DNA of 63,062 nt, filler included, from Choristocarpus tenellus KU-1152 (taxonomy: Eukaryota > Protista > Phaeophyceae): NCBI GenBank assembly GCA_964200185.2. It is 11 parts of 11 records of this genome, joined end to end, with 100 filler letters (N's around TTAATTAATTAA, not from the genome) between each part and the next. Parts side by side here need not be neighbours in the genome. Positions count along the whole stretch, not along the records: positions 11,277 to 16,772 come from CAXNAD020010606.1; positions 16,873 to 21,127 come from CAXNAD020015462.1; positions 21,228 to 26,234 come from CAXNAD020012189.1; 8 more parts are not named here. One strand, 5' to 3'. How positions within the stretch are numbered: the first letter of the stretch is position 1; each line of letters starts with the position of its first letter. The position numbers were made by a program, and so were the translations under genes. Shown here in pieces: positions 12,691 to 25,945 of this stretch. The notes beneath the pieces were generated by a model. It was not told the DNA's origin, did no database searches, and saw only the letters and a program-made list of their open reading frames with translations.

Positions 12691-15600
12691 TTATGTGGGT
12701 TTTGGCTGCCCCTCCTTAACTACTCGAAATTCTCTTTCCCAGGGTCTTGATCCCTCATTATCCCGGTTTGACCGGTACGAGTTGGATCGAAATTCCTGTC
12801 CATCACTTGCTGCCAGCCAGACATTTACACGCTGTGGTGGCCTGGAAGGTGCTGTTGATGGTGATGGCTGACGGAAAGGTGGGATTGATGACAACTCCAT
12901 CTGAGGTATTGTGGCCTGTCTGTAGGGAGGAATCGGTGGTAGGCCTGACCGTCTCTCGTGACCCCTGGGTCCTGTGATGCCTCCTTCCTCAGAAAGGGTC
13001 TGTGCAGCCCCAATGTCCTGGTCTTGATCAGCCCCCATTTCCCCGTCATCCCCACCACCTGAACTGACTTCTGGCTCAGGGTTGTTGAAACTGGATGCAA
13101 CCACCGGATCAGTGCTGTGCTTACCCTTGAGCAGCCCTAAAATGGAAGCTGAGTGTTTCACCTTCTTGTCAACTTCATCAAGGACGTGCTCAGCATCTCC
13201 CTCTCCTCCACCCTCTTCCACATCCTCCTCTTTTCCACTTTTCTCTCCGATCACAATACTGCGCCTCAGGGAAGTTGCCATCTCTACTCCACTGTCCTTC
13301 CCAGGTGCTATCACTGCTACCCTGCCAGATGGTCGCCCAATGAGAGATGAGAATATACTTTCTATCACCTAATCAACGAGAGCGCTTTGCTGGCCAGTGT
13401 CCCCTGTAGGAGGGTAAAGGGAACACCATAGGTTGGAATAAAAAAATGGTTGTCGAGACGATCACAAACTGAGATCATCAACAATTGCACATCTCCATTC
13501 CCTAGGACCTGCTGATGAGTTCATGAAAGCAAATGCCAACACCAGGATGTTTGGGTTATGTCGTGAAAGGGTGGTGGATGAAATTGTAATGGTCATTTTT
13601 GAATAATATGAAATGTGTCAACTTCTGTACTTGGGTACCGAATTTCAATGTTTGAAAACATACAATGTGTTGTAGTAGATTCTGGTGTATCATAGAGCTG
13701 TAGGCTTCTGGCAACAGTGTATGTGCAGTATGTCCTAATCTTTCTACAGAAGACACTGGCCAACCAAGGTCTGCTTGTTGATCAAGTGACTGTAACCATA
13801 CTCTCATCCCTGATAGGGTGTTTTCTGGGAGAGGGACTGTTGTGCCATATCCAGAGGGACAGACAAGGCTGTCATACCCCGAGATTGGCCCAGTAAGGGA
13901 TCCAATACCAGTGGAGATAGGGACTTCCTCGGGGGACAGTGGTGTGATCCGAGAGAAGGGAGGAGAAGAGGAACGTGTGGAAGTGGTTGGAAGAGAGGAA
14001 GATGCTGAGGTTATCCTTGATGAAGTCGACACGAAGGTAACATTTTGAAAACATACAATGAATGTTTTAGTAGCTTCTGGTACGTTATGGAACTGTAGTC
14101 ATAGGGCACCAGTATATTGGGATTTTAGGTGCATCCACAGCCTATGTCCAAGAAGTTGCATACCAAACCTTTAGCCTCAACTTGGAAAGCCAATGCTAGC
14201 ATGGGGTTTCATTTGAAAATACAGTCTGTCAGTGAGTAAATGGCGACTACTGCAGGACATCTCACTAGTCTTGACTGTAAGTGCAATGTTGAAATATCTA
14301 CAAGAAGAGAGTAGACAATGGAAGCTGGAGAACCGGACCCACGTGAGGCTGCGCAAAGCAGGGAGAAGACACAGCAAGTTTGAGATTCTATATGGAGATG
14401 GTGTCAACAAACAAAAAGACAGAAATGCCTGATAGGTTGTGAGAGAGGGAGGAGAAACAAGGGCCAACAAAAACCAAGAAACGTTGTCCTGTCAACCAAA
14501 GTCAGGCAGTACAGTGGGGAAGAGAAGGGGCAGAGAGGAAAGGTCTCTAATCCCTAACCTCAACAATATTGATCCAGATACCATGGGTAAACAAGAACGG
14601 AGATCAGTGATAAAGTAGTGTGCCAGTCAGTTGTTTTGGTTGATGTCTATCCCATGATTGAAATTGAAGCGGTTACTGGGGTGGAAATGAATGAGGGGAG
14701 GAGAGTTACAGTACGGGTGACTGGGGAGCAACTCTTCTGTTGGTACAATACATCGAATTGCTATAGACATAAAGATAGACCATGAGAGCCTCTATCGTCC
14801 CCTTTTCAATCCACCCAGATCCCACAAAACCATCATGCACCTAAACTTCCCTGACCTCACCTCTCCAACGCTTGTTCCATCAACAACAGGCTGACTGTTC
14901 GGGGATTTCTCGTTGACACCTGTCACACTCTCATCCACCTCGATTGACGACAAGTGCTCCTCTGACAGAGCATTTTCATCTACCTCCTCCACCCCACTGC
15001 CTCCCTCTTGTTTCTCCCCTCCCTCCGCTCCTTGCTCTGCCAATCCCCAGCACTCACCAATACTGCTCTGAGTGGACCCTGGTCCCCACTGCCCCTCCCA
15101 TTCCTCGGAATCCTTACTGAGGCACAAATTATAATTCTCCTGATTGAAGCAGGCCTCCTCCACCGTCAGCGCCAGCGCCTGTACTACCCCAACCCCTGCC
15201 ACCTGTGCACCAGCCCCCTCCACCGCCTCAACATCAAGCTTCTGTACCCCAACCTCCTCCAACCCCAGCTCCACCACGCTTTTATTGCCCCTAGAACAAC
15301 TGCCAGTAGACCTAGCCCTCTCATCCCCTTCCCCGACCTTTGCTACCTGTGGGTCCTCTGAAAACACAGCCAAGCGGTCCTCACTGGTGTCATCGAAGGA
15401 GCAGGCTTCCCCGACCCCATCTGTGGGAAGCTCGGTGATTGACTCACAGTATTGCACTTCAGTTGGAACATGGGTCAGCTCTGTCTTGCTGCCCACAGTT
15501 GTTGAGGAGGTACTGACATCTGAATAGGGTCCAGCCACAACTGCCAGGATTCCCTTGCTATGCCCAACGTCAAGTGTTTCGGCCTTGTCTGACAACAAGG

Positions 15601-15875
15601 CCCTATCCTGATCACCCTCACCAGAATCAATGGCAGTAGACAAAGGCAGTGACGACTCAAGGTCTTCAAGATCTCGGGCATTGCAATAGTCAACTTGACC
15701 ATCTGTACGAGTCACAGGTGGTTCACACGTTTTGGCAGCGGTATGCCCATCTACCTTGAAGGAACAATTGGGACTCTCCTTCAGGCTGGGTCCACTGGTG
15801 CCATTGGAACTTCGGTGGAATACCTGCAGACCCTCCTTGACTTCACCATACTCACCCCTGCCTTGGTGTGAAGGA
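12691..15875 (-). CDS. Hypothetical protein, 3' part (acidic, Gly/Ser-rich, low complexity), 2 exons
   Basis: Long open exons 15875-14861 (pyrimidine tract + CAG acceptor, GAG|GTGAGG donor) and 13368-12691 (TAG acceptor, stop) join in phase 0. No recognisable domain. Confidence 0.5.
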
Positions 15876-18074
15876 CTGAGAGCAAGGGGGGCAGGGATGG
15901 AGAGGTATCGAAAGACAATTGCAGGGGCAGAAGAACAAGAATTGGAAACGTGTCAAACTTGGGTGTGCACCACAATATAATGATGCTCATTAATACCCAA
16001 GTACTACTGCGGCGCAAAAATCTTATTGGACGCTGCAATTAGTGAGAGTATTTTGGGGTGCAGGAGAGAGGTTGACTGCCTGCCTGTGTAGAAATTTCGC
16101 TAACTTCACCCAGAACTCACATGTCTGGTGCACTCTGAACAGTGGGAAAATATGTTGCAACTTCAAATTTACCAACACTTGACATGATGCATATCACAGT
16201 ACCGTACACAGAGGGTCAACAAACCCAGGGAGTTGTGCACAGACCATGTCCTGTTACTGTTGCCCCACTTCCTTCACAGCTTGTGTGCAGGTAGGCCGGT
16301 GGGGGCCTTCTTGTCCATAAACAACTGATATCAAAGTTGACGACTTTCTTCCATTCGCTCTTTCCTCTCACCTCCTCAAATGGTCTTAAGCCCCCAAACA
16401 GGCGAAACAAGAACCAACAGCACTGGAAGAGGAAATCTACCATAGTAATATCAGATTATGTCATCACTATTGGATCTTTGATTCTCAAGAGCGTATACTG
16501 GGAGGGTTTGACAGGATTCACTGTACAATATAAAACACACAAGCAATCAAAAAAACGACTAGCCCCCTACCTCCCCTACCACGTATCGACCCTACCGTAA
16601 AGGGTGAAAGTAAACGACCTCTCCTTTTGGGAGAAAACCTCCACTGCCAATGAGTCACCCAAAGAGGCAGAAAGCAGTACATTTCATGGCTGCGACTTGT
16701 GGCAATGCTCAAACAATCTTTAACCAGGGATGAAACTTAATCCCGCCCTTTCTACATCTCAAGAATGCATGCNNNNNNNNNNNNNNNNNNNNNNNNNNNN
16801 NNNNNNNNNNNNNNNNTTAATTAATTAANNNNNNNNNNNNNNNNNNNNNNNNNNNNNNNNNNNNNNNNNNNNGGGGGGGGGGGGGGGGGGGGGGGGGGGG
16901 GTGGGGGGGGGGGGGGGGAGGGCTGCGGCTGCTGGGAGCAACAGGGGTTAGGTCTGTATCAAAAGAGAAGAGTGTTTCATGGGCATGAAGGCACCAAGTA
17001 CAACCCTAACCCTAAGATGCAAAATATAAGTGGAAGACAAAAAACCAATATTACATTGATTAAAGTTTTTGGTTATCTGTTACATCCAAATGTGTTACAT
17101 CGATTGAATTTGCAATAAAGAATGGAAAAGGCACTCACTAAATCACTAAATCTATTCTTTTCACTAAAGCTATAGAAGGTAAACTAATCCATTTAACTAA
17201 ATACACTAAATAAAGTAAATAAACAACCGGTGAAAGATTGGTTGGATTGAGACCCCCTCTCCTCCCCCACACACCCCCACACCCCAGGACACTTCTCACG
17301 TAGTACATAGACACTTCCAACACTTCAAGGTTCATATATAAATAATCAATAAGCTTCCACCCTCACAGCCTTGCCCATTCACCCCCTCCCAAACATGTAG
17401 GCCTCTCAAAGAGCCGAAATGGTTAATGATATGTAACTAACCTCCTTGCTGAAGCACAAGAGGCACACATCGTAGTCACACAGGTTGCACCTCCAGGATT
17501 CCCCATCCTTCTCCTTGATCATGGCGCGGCATTCGTCACACCTGTGACTAACATTCTCATGGGTCTTGTACAGTCTTTCTCAAACACACCAAAGAACAGA
17601 AAACACAACAAGTAACAACACAGTAACAACACAAAACACGAGAGGATTGACGGACGGACGGGTGAGTGGAGGCGAGAAGTAGGGTTGAGAGGACAAAGGA
17701 TTTCCATTAATGGGGATGGCGGTGATACAAACGAGGGCAGGGGACTGCAAAAAAGAAAGACTGTGGGGAGGATAATATTATTATCGTGTACTCCTATATA
17801 CTTTAAAGAAGTAAGACTATGGCAAGGAAATATTTAGGCACTACCAGATAGCACACCGTATTACAAGAATCCCCCTCCCCCATCCCCCCACCAACCACCA
17901 AACAAGAATAAAAACTGTCACAGACTGACTCAAAACAAAAAAAAACTCCAAAACAAGAACACATGGGTTTCAGTTCACATATTTTGGTTGGGGTCCTGCT
18001 TCAAAAAATAAAACACCTCTTCCCCTGCCTCTTGAGGAGACTCTGATTGAAATCAATATCTTTAACACTACTAC

Positions 18075-20982
18075 CTGTGAGAGTGCAATGACAACTTCAT
18101 GAGGCCTTCCTCCTTGGTCGATGCTGACACCAATTCACCCAGGGCCCATGACAACAAGTTGAGCCAGAGGACTCCAAGCCCCATGAGGGGACCCTCAACC
18201 CTCTCATGATTGAATCGGAATTTCACGCATTTCACCCCTGTGTACACCTGTGCATCAGGAGGGGCATAGCCAATCCACTTGCGCTTTAATGTATTCCAGG
18301 GCTAACTTCCTCGGGGTGGCAACTACATCTTATGGAAGGCTTGATAAGGACGACCCTGCAATTGCTGGAGCGTGTGGAACAATTGCTAGCTGTAACTGTC
18401 AAAACAATGATCTACTTGAAGTATGTGCCTTTGACATCTACTGTGAAGAATTAAACATTGCAGCAATAAGCCAAACTACAGGACAAGTTTGTACCTTAAA
18501 CATCCCCACACAGTCTGAGCACAGGAACGTACAAGCAGTCATTGCAATAAAGAAAATACATCCTATGGATTTACTACAACACCCAAACCACTCTCAAACA
18601 CAACACACACACACACAAGCTTGTACTAATTGAACACACATTACTATGATTTAGTATTATTCATTGCAAAAACAACACTAAACTACTCTGGAGTACCTTC
18701 CCACCAGACAAATATGTACCAGTACTAATCTGTATAATACAGAATCAAACCTCAACAGACATACTCCCACGCACAATTCATATAGGCACAACAACCATCC
18801 CTAGGTATTGTACACCATCCCTCTGCCAACACAGAAACACAAGACCTTTCCATCCATAGGTAGTGAGCACATTTCACATTACAATCAATCACGTCTCCCT
18901 CCCACCCTTGTACCTGCATGAGCGTGCTAAAAACATACATCCCTCCCAAAAACAGTTTCTTATTCCACTTCGCCCTGGTCTTGGCGGCAATAAGAGCCCG
19001 CTCTGCATCCTTCGCCCTTTGTTGAGAGCCCTGTCCCCCCGCCCTCCTCCTTTCCCCTCGAGAACCCATGCCCCCAGAGCTCGCGATGTTGGGGTGTTGC
19101 CTACCCACAGCACCACTCACATCACCGTTCAAGGAACTCCTGGCGTGGCCACCATTGGAGTGGATCATATCACCATCATTCCCATCATCACTGGAATCTT
19201 CTTCCCTCAAGAGGGGCAGCAAGAGACCTGCACCATCTGGTGCACCTTCAATAACATCTAGGTCAAACAGGGCTCGGCCACGGCGCGTCTTGGCACCATT
19301 GCTACCTTGTTGCGCAGATTTACCGGCGTCACCATTTCGGTTGTTGTCATTGTCCTGGTTATTGCTGAGAACCGGAGGGGAAATATGGCATGGATACGTG
19401 TGTGTGGGGGGGTTTTTCGGGGCAAAATAGTAAGGCAATCCTGTTCTGCAGCAACAACGTTTTTCTCGAAGTAATGATATTCTCTTTAAGAACCTTGATG
19501 CAAGTACAGAACCACAAAGAGGTACAGCTGGGAGGCAAATGTGAGTTTTGATGGGGCGTGAGTTCTACAGAGCAGTCAGTTTTGACGGTGGCAGCATGGA
19601 GTCTGGGAGACATCGGCAACTGAGCTCAGAATATTTTAAGGTGTAGAAATAACCCTAACCTAAACCTAACGTGCTTCAGTCGTTAGACATAACAGCCAGG
19701 TCTCCTTGCATGGTTTGGGTTGCACGAGGATGGAGAAGCACGCGGTGAAAATTGAGGAGTTTCTTTGCATGGTATCATTATGTACTGATTCGGTTGCACC
19801 TTGTATGAAGTACTACTGTACTTTATGTCGTTTCTTTTCCAAATCATTTACAATACTACAACCTTTGTGGGTATTAAATCTGATCCCCTGGCTGTTGACC
19901 TGCAAACTTTGGAGAGCCAAGTATAGTCTTGTGGTGAGGGCACAGCACCAGACAAGATTACCTCCATTGCCGCAGGTGTGCAAGTAAACATGCCCGACAA
20001 AGTGAATCAGTATACATTCTCCCTTTTTTCATGGACTTGAAATGTAGGGGGATTGGCATTGGCGGCATTTTCACCAACTGAGACTCCTGAGCTTGACATT
20101 CTTTGAGACACTTTGAGGATCACAAATAGGGGGATACTTACAAGTAGGCTACGGCATAAATACTAATATTACAACCAGGAGTGAAAGTCAGTACGTCACA
20201 ACCCATAGTCCTCGACGTATCTTCCATCGTACCGACTTCGAGGTTTAGTCCCTCAAGCTAGTAAAACGTAGTGTATAAGAAAGAGGGAAAGTCGAAATTA
20301 ATCTGTGGCTACGTTCAGGCAGGACAGCCCTAAGGCCACATCTTGTTATATCTTCTGCATCAAAACAATGGTTAAACACGCAATGTATGCAAACACGTTC
20401 ACTCATAAACTACTCTTGAAATATTGCCATCAAAACTGCACCTGCCCGACAGCCAATGGCAACAAAATATCCGACTCAGTAGGGATCGACGGTGCCTTCC
20501 GTTGTCGTTGCTTCCTCTCGTACTAGGAGCAACATCTGGGGGCTTTCCCTTGGAAATGGCGAGCGCGGCCACGAGAGGAAGAAACGAGAGCCGTGAGATC
20601 ACGAGAAGTAGAATATCTGCACTGTCTTGAGTGAAATTCTGGATAGGTTGAACAATACAGCGAGAGGGCAAGGGGGATAGGTGGGGAGTGGGATCAGTTG
20701 GAGATTCCCAAGTAAACGATAGTACAATATATCTCTGGAATCAAGCATGAAAGAAACCGCCTATCATTTGAGCAGCAGATGTCGTACCTCTCTGTCAAGG
20801 AGGTTATTCAGGATTGCACGTGCTGTCCATGATCCTGGACTTCCAGAGTGGATCTCAGTATACAGAGAGATAGCGCAGCCAATGTCTGCAAGACCGACGA
20901 TGCAAATGAGCGACACAAGGAGAGCCTTTTCCTTGATGTTAGTATAGGATCGAATCGCGTCAATGATGCCAACTCCTTCCAT
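18075..20982 (-). CDS. Multi-pass membrane protein, 5' four exons; possibly the N-terminal extra membrane domain of an ABCB/TAP-like transporter
   Basis: Exons 20982-20788, 20638-20442, 19364-18914 and 18247-18075 have GT-AG sites and consistent phases, and encode four hydrophobic segments. The ABC assignment is only recalled resemblance; no nucleotide-binding domain is in the contig. Confidence 0.6.
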
Positions 20983-21238
20983 CGTGATAGGGACAAAATG
21001 GACGTCTATCGTACAACTCTGGCATCTGTGACCCACAGGTCCTTCTGATCTTAGTCCAAATATTCATCCGCGCGCACACACAAATGTATTGCGCGCACAT
21101 CTCATTGTCATTGGGGACGTTCCCAACNNNNNNNNNNNNNNNNNNNNNNNNNNNNNNNNNNNNNNNNNNNNTTAATTAATTAANNNNNNNNNNNNNNNNN
21201 NNNNNNNNNNNNNNNNNNNNNNNNNNNTTGGTTTTTTT

Positions 21239-21298
<60 letters not shown>
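21239..21298. repeat. (GT)n microsatellite
   Basis: Near-perfect GT run at the contig start. Confidence 0.9.
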
Positions 21299-21302
<4 letters not shown>

Positions 21303-21437
21303 TTTTGGGGGTTGGGGGTTGTAGGGTGCGCGTTGGATGGATGGATGGATGGATGGATGGATGGACAAATTTATGTGTGGGTTAGGGTTATGGATATGGT
21401 TGGATGGATGGTTGAATGGATGGACAAATTTATGTGT

Positions 21438-21466
21438 GGGTTAGGGTTAGGGTTAGGGTTAGGGTT
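21438..21466 (+). repeat. Interstitial telomere-like (TTAGGG)n tract
   Basis: gggttagggttagggttagggttagggtt, next to (GGAT)n repeats, in an LST8 intron. Confidence 0.85.
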
Positions 21467-21860
21467 GGATGAATGGATGAATGTGTGAAAAAAAAAGCTG
21501 GAAGGTACATCACACACAACCTTCCTTGAGTTCCTATTTATTGGTGCGATAGATGATGGATGGTAGATGGTAGATGATGAGTGATGAGTGATCGATCACG
21601 ACCTTCATGCACACAAACAACAAGCACTACGGTCAGTATTCCATATTTATATTTTTGGGGTGGTGGCAGGGGTGGGGTGGGGGGGTGGGGGGTTGCAACG
21701 GAACCTAAATCCTAAGAGAGGAAAATAAAAATAAAGAGTAGGATAACAGACATTAACTGTCAGCACACACTGTGTATCACTACGAATAAATTGCCACCAT
21801 AACGTTTGCAGTCAAGGTCCAACCCTCTTCCACTCTCTCTCTCTCTCTTGGGAACCACCG

Positions 21861-21922
21861 CATGAACGCACGAGCATGCGAACGCACGAGCATGCGAACA
21901 CACGAGCTTGTGTGAACGCACG
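21861..21922. repeat. Minisatellite of about 16 bp, about 4 copies
   Basis: gaacgcacgagcatgc repeated with small variations. Confidence 0.8.
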
Positions 21923-21940
21923 TTTTCAGCACAGCCTTAC

Positions 21941-23105
21941 CTACATCGGTAACGTTTGTAGTGTGTCCCTCATAGGCCACCATTGGGGACGGATTCTGAC
22001 TGTTGATCTCAAACAGGCGGACGCGGGGGTTTCCAGCAGCTGCGAGGAAAGTCTTGTCAGGCGTTATCTTCAGACAATTCACCTGTGAGTAGATCGCAAT
22101 GAGGAGATTGCGGGGGGGGGTGGGGTGGGGGGTGGGGGGTGGGCAAAAGGTAAAGGTGCAGTTCGGAGTGAGAATCACACTTATGTAGGGGCACAGCAAC
22201 ATTTCGCTATGTCATTATGTTGATATATTATTATTATTAATAATAATATTCTTAGAAAGGTGCAGCACCCCCGACTGATTTCTTGCTATACAAGCGCACA
22301 TTCAATATGTTTTTGGAAAACAATGTGCCTGTTGGTTAGTACATAATAATAATGCACCCCTACCATAGACCCTGTTCATCCTCTGTCCATTAGTCTCATT
22401 CCTTCTTTCTGGACTTCAGAAAGTGTGTTCTCAAGAAGATGATTTCTACATCCGGATATCATTCCACACGAAACTACCACCAGGAAACAGTAAAGGCTTC
22501 ATTCCTAAAAAGAAGTGTGAGTGAAGGTCAACGGTTTCTAATTATGCTTGCCAGATGATGGCCATATACGAGCGGATGTTGGTCACAGAAGGATACTGTG
22601 TAACCCAACACCCAGACCTACACCTGTCCTTGAGCACTACTAGTTCTTAAGAGATAAAGAGTGCCACCTTCGTCTACATGCAATAATCCTTAGCCCGAGT
22701 ACCACGGTTCAGAACAGAGAAGTGTGCGGAAGACAGACCAACACACCGTAAAGTACACTAAAAGCAACGGTAGAGCACACCGCCGCGAAGGCAGTCTCAA
22801 CAGTGAAAGGATTTTGCTCCTCGCGCATGGTGCGTTTGGGTTTGGATTTACAACGAATTCAGTGAAAGGGTTTCTATTATGGAATCGGATCGATTTCTAC
22901 AACTTCCCGCAAAGTAGTGGCTGCCAAATAAAGAGATTGCGAACTGTATGGCGCAGGACCGTCCCCAAACACAATACGTGCAAGTACAACCTCAACCCAC
23001 CTGGCTGTCGCTGAAACGGAGCGTCCTCGAGCAAACACCGGACGGAGGTTCCCAGAAATGTATCTTGTGGTCATAACCCGCTGTTGCTAAGATAACAGAA
23101 TTCAT
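21941..23105 (-). CDS. LST8: TOR complex subunit LST8 (WD40), first two exons
   Basis: Exon 23105-23001 [35 protein letters not shown]; exon 22082-21941 [47 protein letters not shown]. This is the characteristic LST8 N-terminus, with canonical splice sites. Confidence 0.95.
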
Positions 23106-23696
23106 TGCACTAGCCCTTCCTCCACCTGTCCTGGGCACTTCTTTCTCCAGACGGGTGTGGTGTTATAGTACTATGCTGTCCAATTGCTGCACACAATGTC
23201 CCCTGTAATCACTTTTCGCCAACCCTCCAGAAAAGACCCCTCCTTTTCACCAGCTACCTACTCCACCATCCCCTCCTTTCACCTACGTTACAATGTTCTC
23301 CAAAAGTCAATCAATGCTTAAAAGGTGCAATTTTTGCGTTAACAATCTTTTATGTTTCACAGACTACGAAGTTAAGGAATACCCCCTTTCGCTACGTTCT
23401 GGATGTCCTATCTGCTCGAGTCTCAGCTTCAGCACGTAGCCGGTGTGATCCTCTAGTGTCGTTCGTGTCCAACACACAAATGGCTAAGGGCAAGTAACAA
23501 GGTACTTCATGTGAAGTAACAACAGATTTCGTTTGGGATATGGATTGACCTTAAAGAGCGTATAATATTTGTGCTATACTATCGATAACGCTTCACATGG
23601 TGATCAAACCCCTTTTTTGAAAAGAACAATGGAAACTTCTCATCATTCAAGACTTAATACAATACCTCTCTACGCCCTCTGTGATAGCAGTTAGTC

Positions 23697-25708
23697 ATGT
23701 CCCTAGAGGAACGCTTCAACGATGCTGCTGAGAAGATCAAGGCGGTGCCGGGCAGCGCGATTTCAAATGAAGACAAGCTGGTAAGCTTTTCAATAGGTAC
23801 CCTTCGAGGGTAGACAAGAACCTCTTCAACAATTGTGCTGGGTGTAATGTTTAATATCTAAGTAGAGTCAGCACATGAAGGATTGAATGCTGAGGTCGCC
23901 CACTTCCTTTCATTTTGTTGCAGTTATGATCCCTCCAGACTCATTTAATGCTCAATTAGACAGATTCACCTCTGACCGCCGATATTGTCCACCTCTGAAG
24001 AATGAAATTTCAGTGTAGAACTTGACCTACAATGAAGCAATTACAGCAATATTGTGATAAATCTTCAGTCTTCATGTTATGGTTATCACACACACACCGA
24101 CATACCGTAAATGATCTACATAGGACAGAGAAGGCATCCTAAACAGCACTTGAGAGTTCGATGCAGTCGTCTATCATATATGTTGAGATGAATGACGAGT
24201 GACCTGCGATACAGGAATGCTCTTCCATCCCCATTTATGAAGGAGGGGATTTATCTTATTGCAATACAGCTGGTATTTCATTCACCGTTACCTTGTGGTT
24301 TTAGTGAGGCTGAGATTCAGGCCTACCCTACAAAATGTTATTTGCACACACTTCCCAAACCCTTGCATTGGCCGTTTGAGCCTTGTGGCACTCACCTATT
24401 GCATGGTAGCATTGCTATGGTGCTTGATAACTATACCGACACATTCCCTCATCACGCCTACTTGTTTTGCTCCTCCTTAGAAAATGTACTCTCTGTTCAA
24501 GCAGGTGACCTGCGGTGATTGCAACACTTCTCGGTGAGTTTGAACTGCCGTATCTCATCTACGTGCCCCCCCAATCCTGTCCAAAAAATATATGAAAATC
24601 ATTGCTTAATGTGTCAGAGTTCAAGTGAGCCGATTGCATGAGATATTGTTTGTTGAATTCCAAGATGTCGGTGCAAATATCCCTGTACACTTTCCCGTTC
24701 TACCTCCAGTCACAATGATGTATTTCAGGACGCCAAAATCCCTCCCCGTACTTTGTCGAAACCCCTGTTGATGACCTACTGCGTACTTGATACATGCTCA
24801 GCTTCCTCCAAAGGCAATTGAATGAGGGCTTCTGTAGTCGGAGGTTCACCTTGATAATCCTGAGCTACACTCAGGATTGCGAACCAATGTGATGCCCAGG
24901 AGGTCTTTTTTGGAGTCATGATTGCCCTGCTCGGGTATTGATACAAGTGTAGAACCTGTCGCGACCGAATGAGAGTCTGTTCAGCCCTAACATCTTTGTG
25001 AAAGTTTGTGGCAAGCTTTGCTAGTGATTGAGTGTTCAATACATTGACAGGCGATACGTTGCGCATTCACGTGGTCGGGGACCGAGATCCATTCCCGAAT
25101 GCTGCGATATGGTCAGCAACCATGGATGCAAGAGATGTTGCCGCAAGATAGATAAGTTGTGTTCTGGCAAGACAATAAAAAAGAGAATTGCGATGGGGTG
25201 TATTGCACTGGACAGGCGCATCGGGCTTTTAGATTCGGATCTTGTTTTGATCTCTGGTTCATGATGAAAATCACAAGCGACCCCAGCCCCGTGCGATTTG
25301 TTCTTTTGGCGTGAGATATATATATATATATATATATTTTAACGGTCAAATAGAGCCAGCCGTCTGTCAACATCTATCAAAGAGCCCCTTGGCGATACTT
25401 TCCTCCGATAGACCACAAACAGGGCATTGATTCGCCCGTTTTAGAGAGATATGATTGGCTAGATTGCTGCGAGAAAATAGAGCTTCTGGTTTCAACAGCA
25501 ACATACCTTTCACTCTCATTAACGGCCCATCTGGCCACTATCGTTTATACAGCCTTTCACCTGCCCCTCTGCTCTCATATTCGCTTAGCCGTGGTTCTTG
25601 TCCCCCCCCCTGTACACGATATTTTTATTTTTCTGCTTGTTTTTTGAAGGCCGGGAATGCTGGACCTGTCTGGAAAGGCAAAGTGGGATGCTTGGAAGGC
25701 CCTCGAAG
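23697..25708 (+). CDS. ACBP: Acyl-CoA-binding protein, first three coding exons
   Basis: Exons 23697-23780, 24481-24533 and 25650-25708 give MSLEERFNDAAEKIK...[42 protein letters not shown], the ACBP signature. The last exon lies off the contig. Confidence 0.95.
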
Positions 25709-25744
25709 GTGCGTCGGGCTGGAGGTAGCGCTCGCTTAGCCCGT

Positions 25745-25812
25745 TGCATATTATTAGTTGCATATTATTAGTTGCAGTGATATTATTAGTTGTAACTATA
25801 TATTTAGTTGTA
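25745..25812. repeat. Minisatellite of about 14 bp
   Basis: ttgcatattattag repeated and degenerating. Confidence 0.75.
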
Positions 25813-25922
25813 CGATTCGATTATGCGTTCTGCGTGCCAAGTTTGTGCAATCCCCCCCTTTTTGTGTTTTCGAGGTGAGTTAATGTTCCGTAGTAGGTTC
25901 CACCAAAGGAGTATTTGGAAAA

Positions 25923-25945
25923 GGTTAGGGTTAGGGTTAGGGTTA
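25923..25945 (+). repeat. Interstitial telomere-like (TTAGGG)n tract
   Basis: ggttagggttagggttagggtta in an ACBP intron. Confidence 0.8.

Noticed and set aside
23065-23090. Copia-like primer-binding site (GGTTATG) on the minus strand
   Set aside because: It encodes AGYDH in LST8 exon 1.
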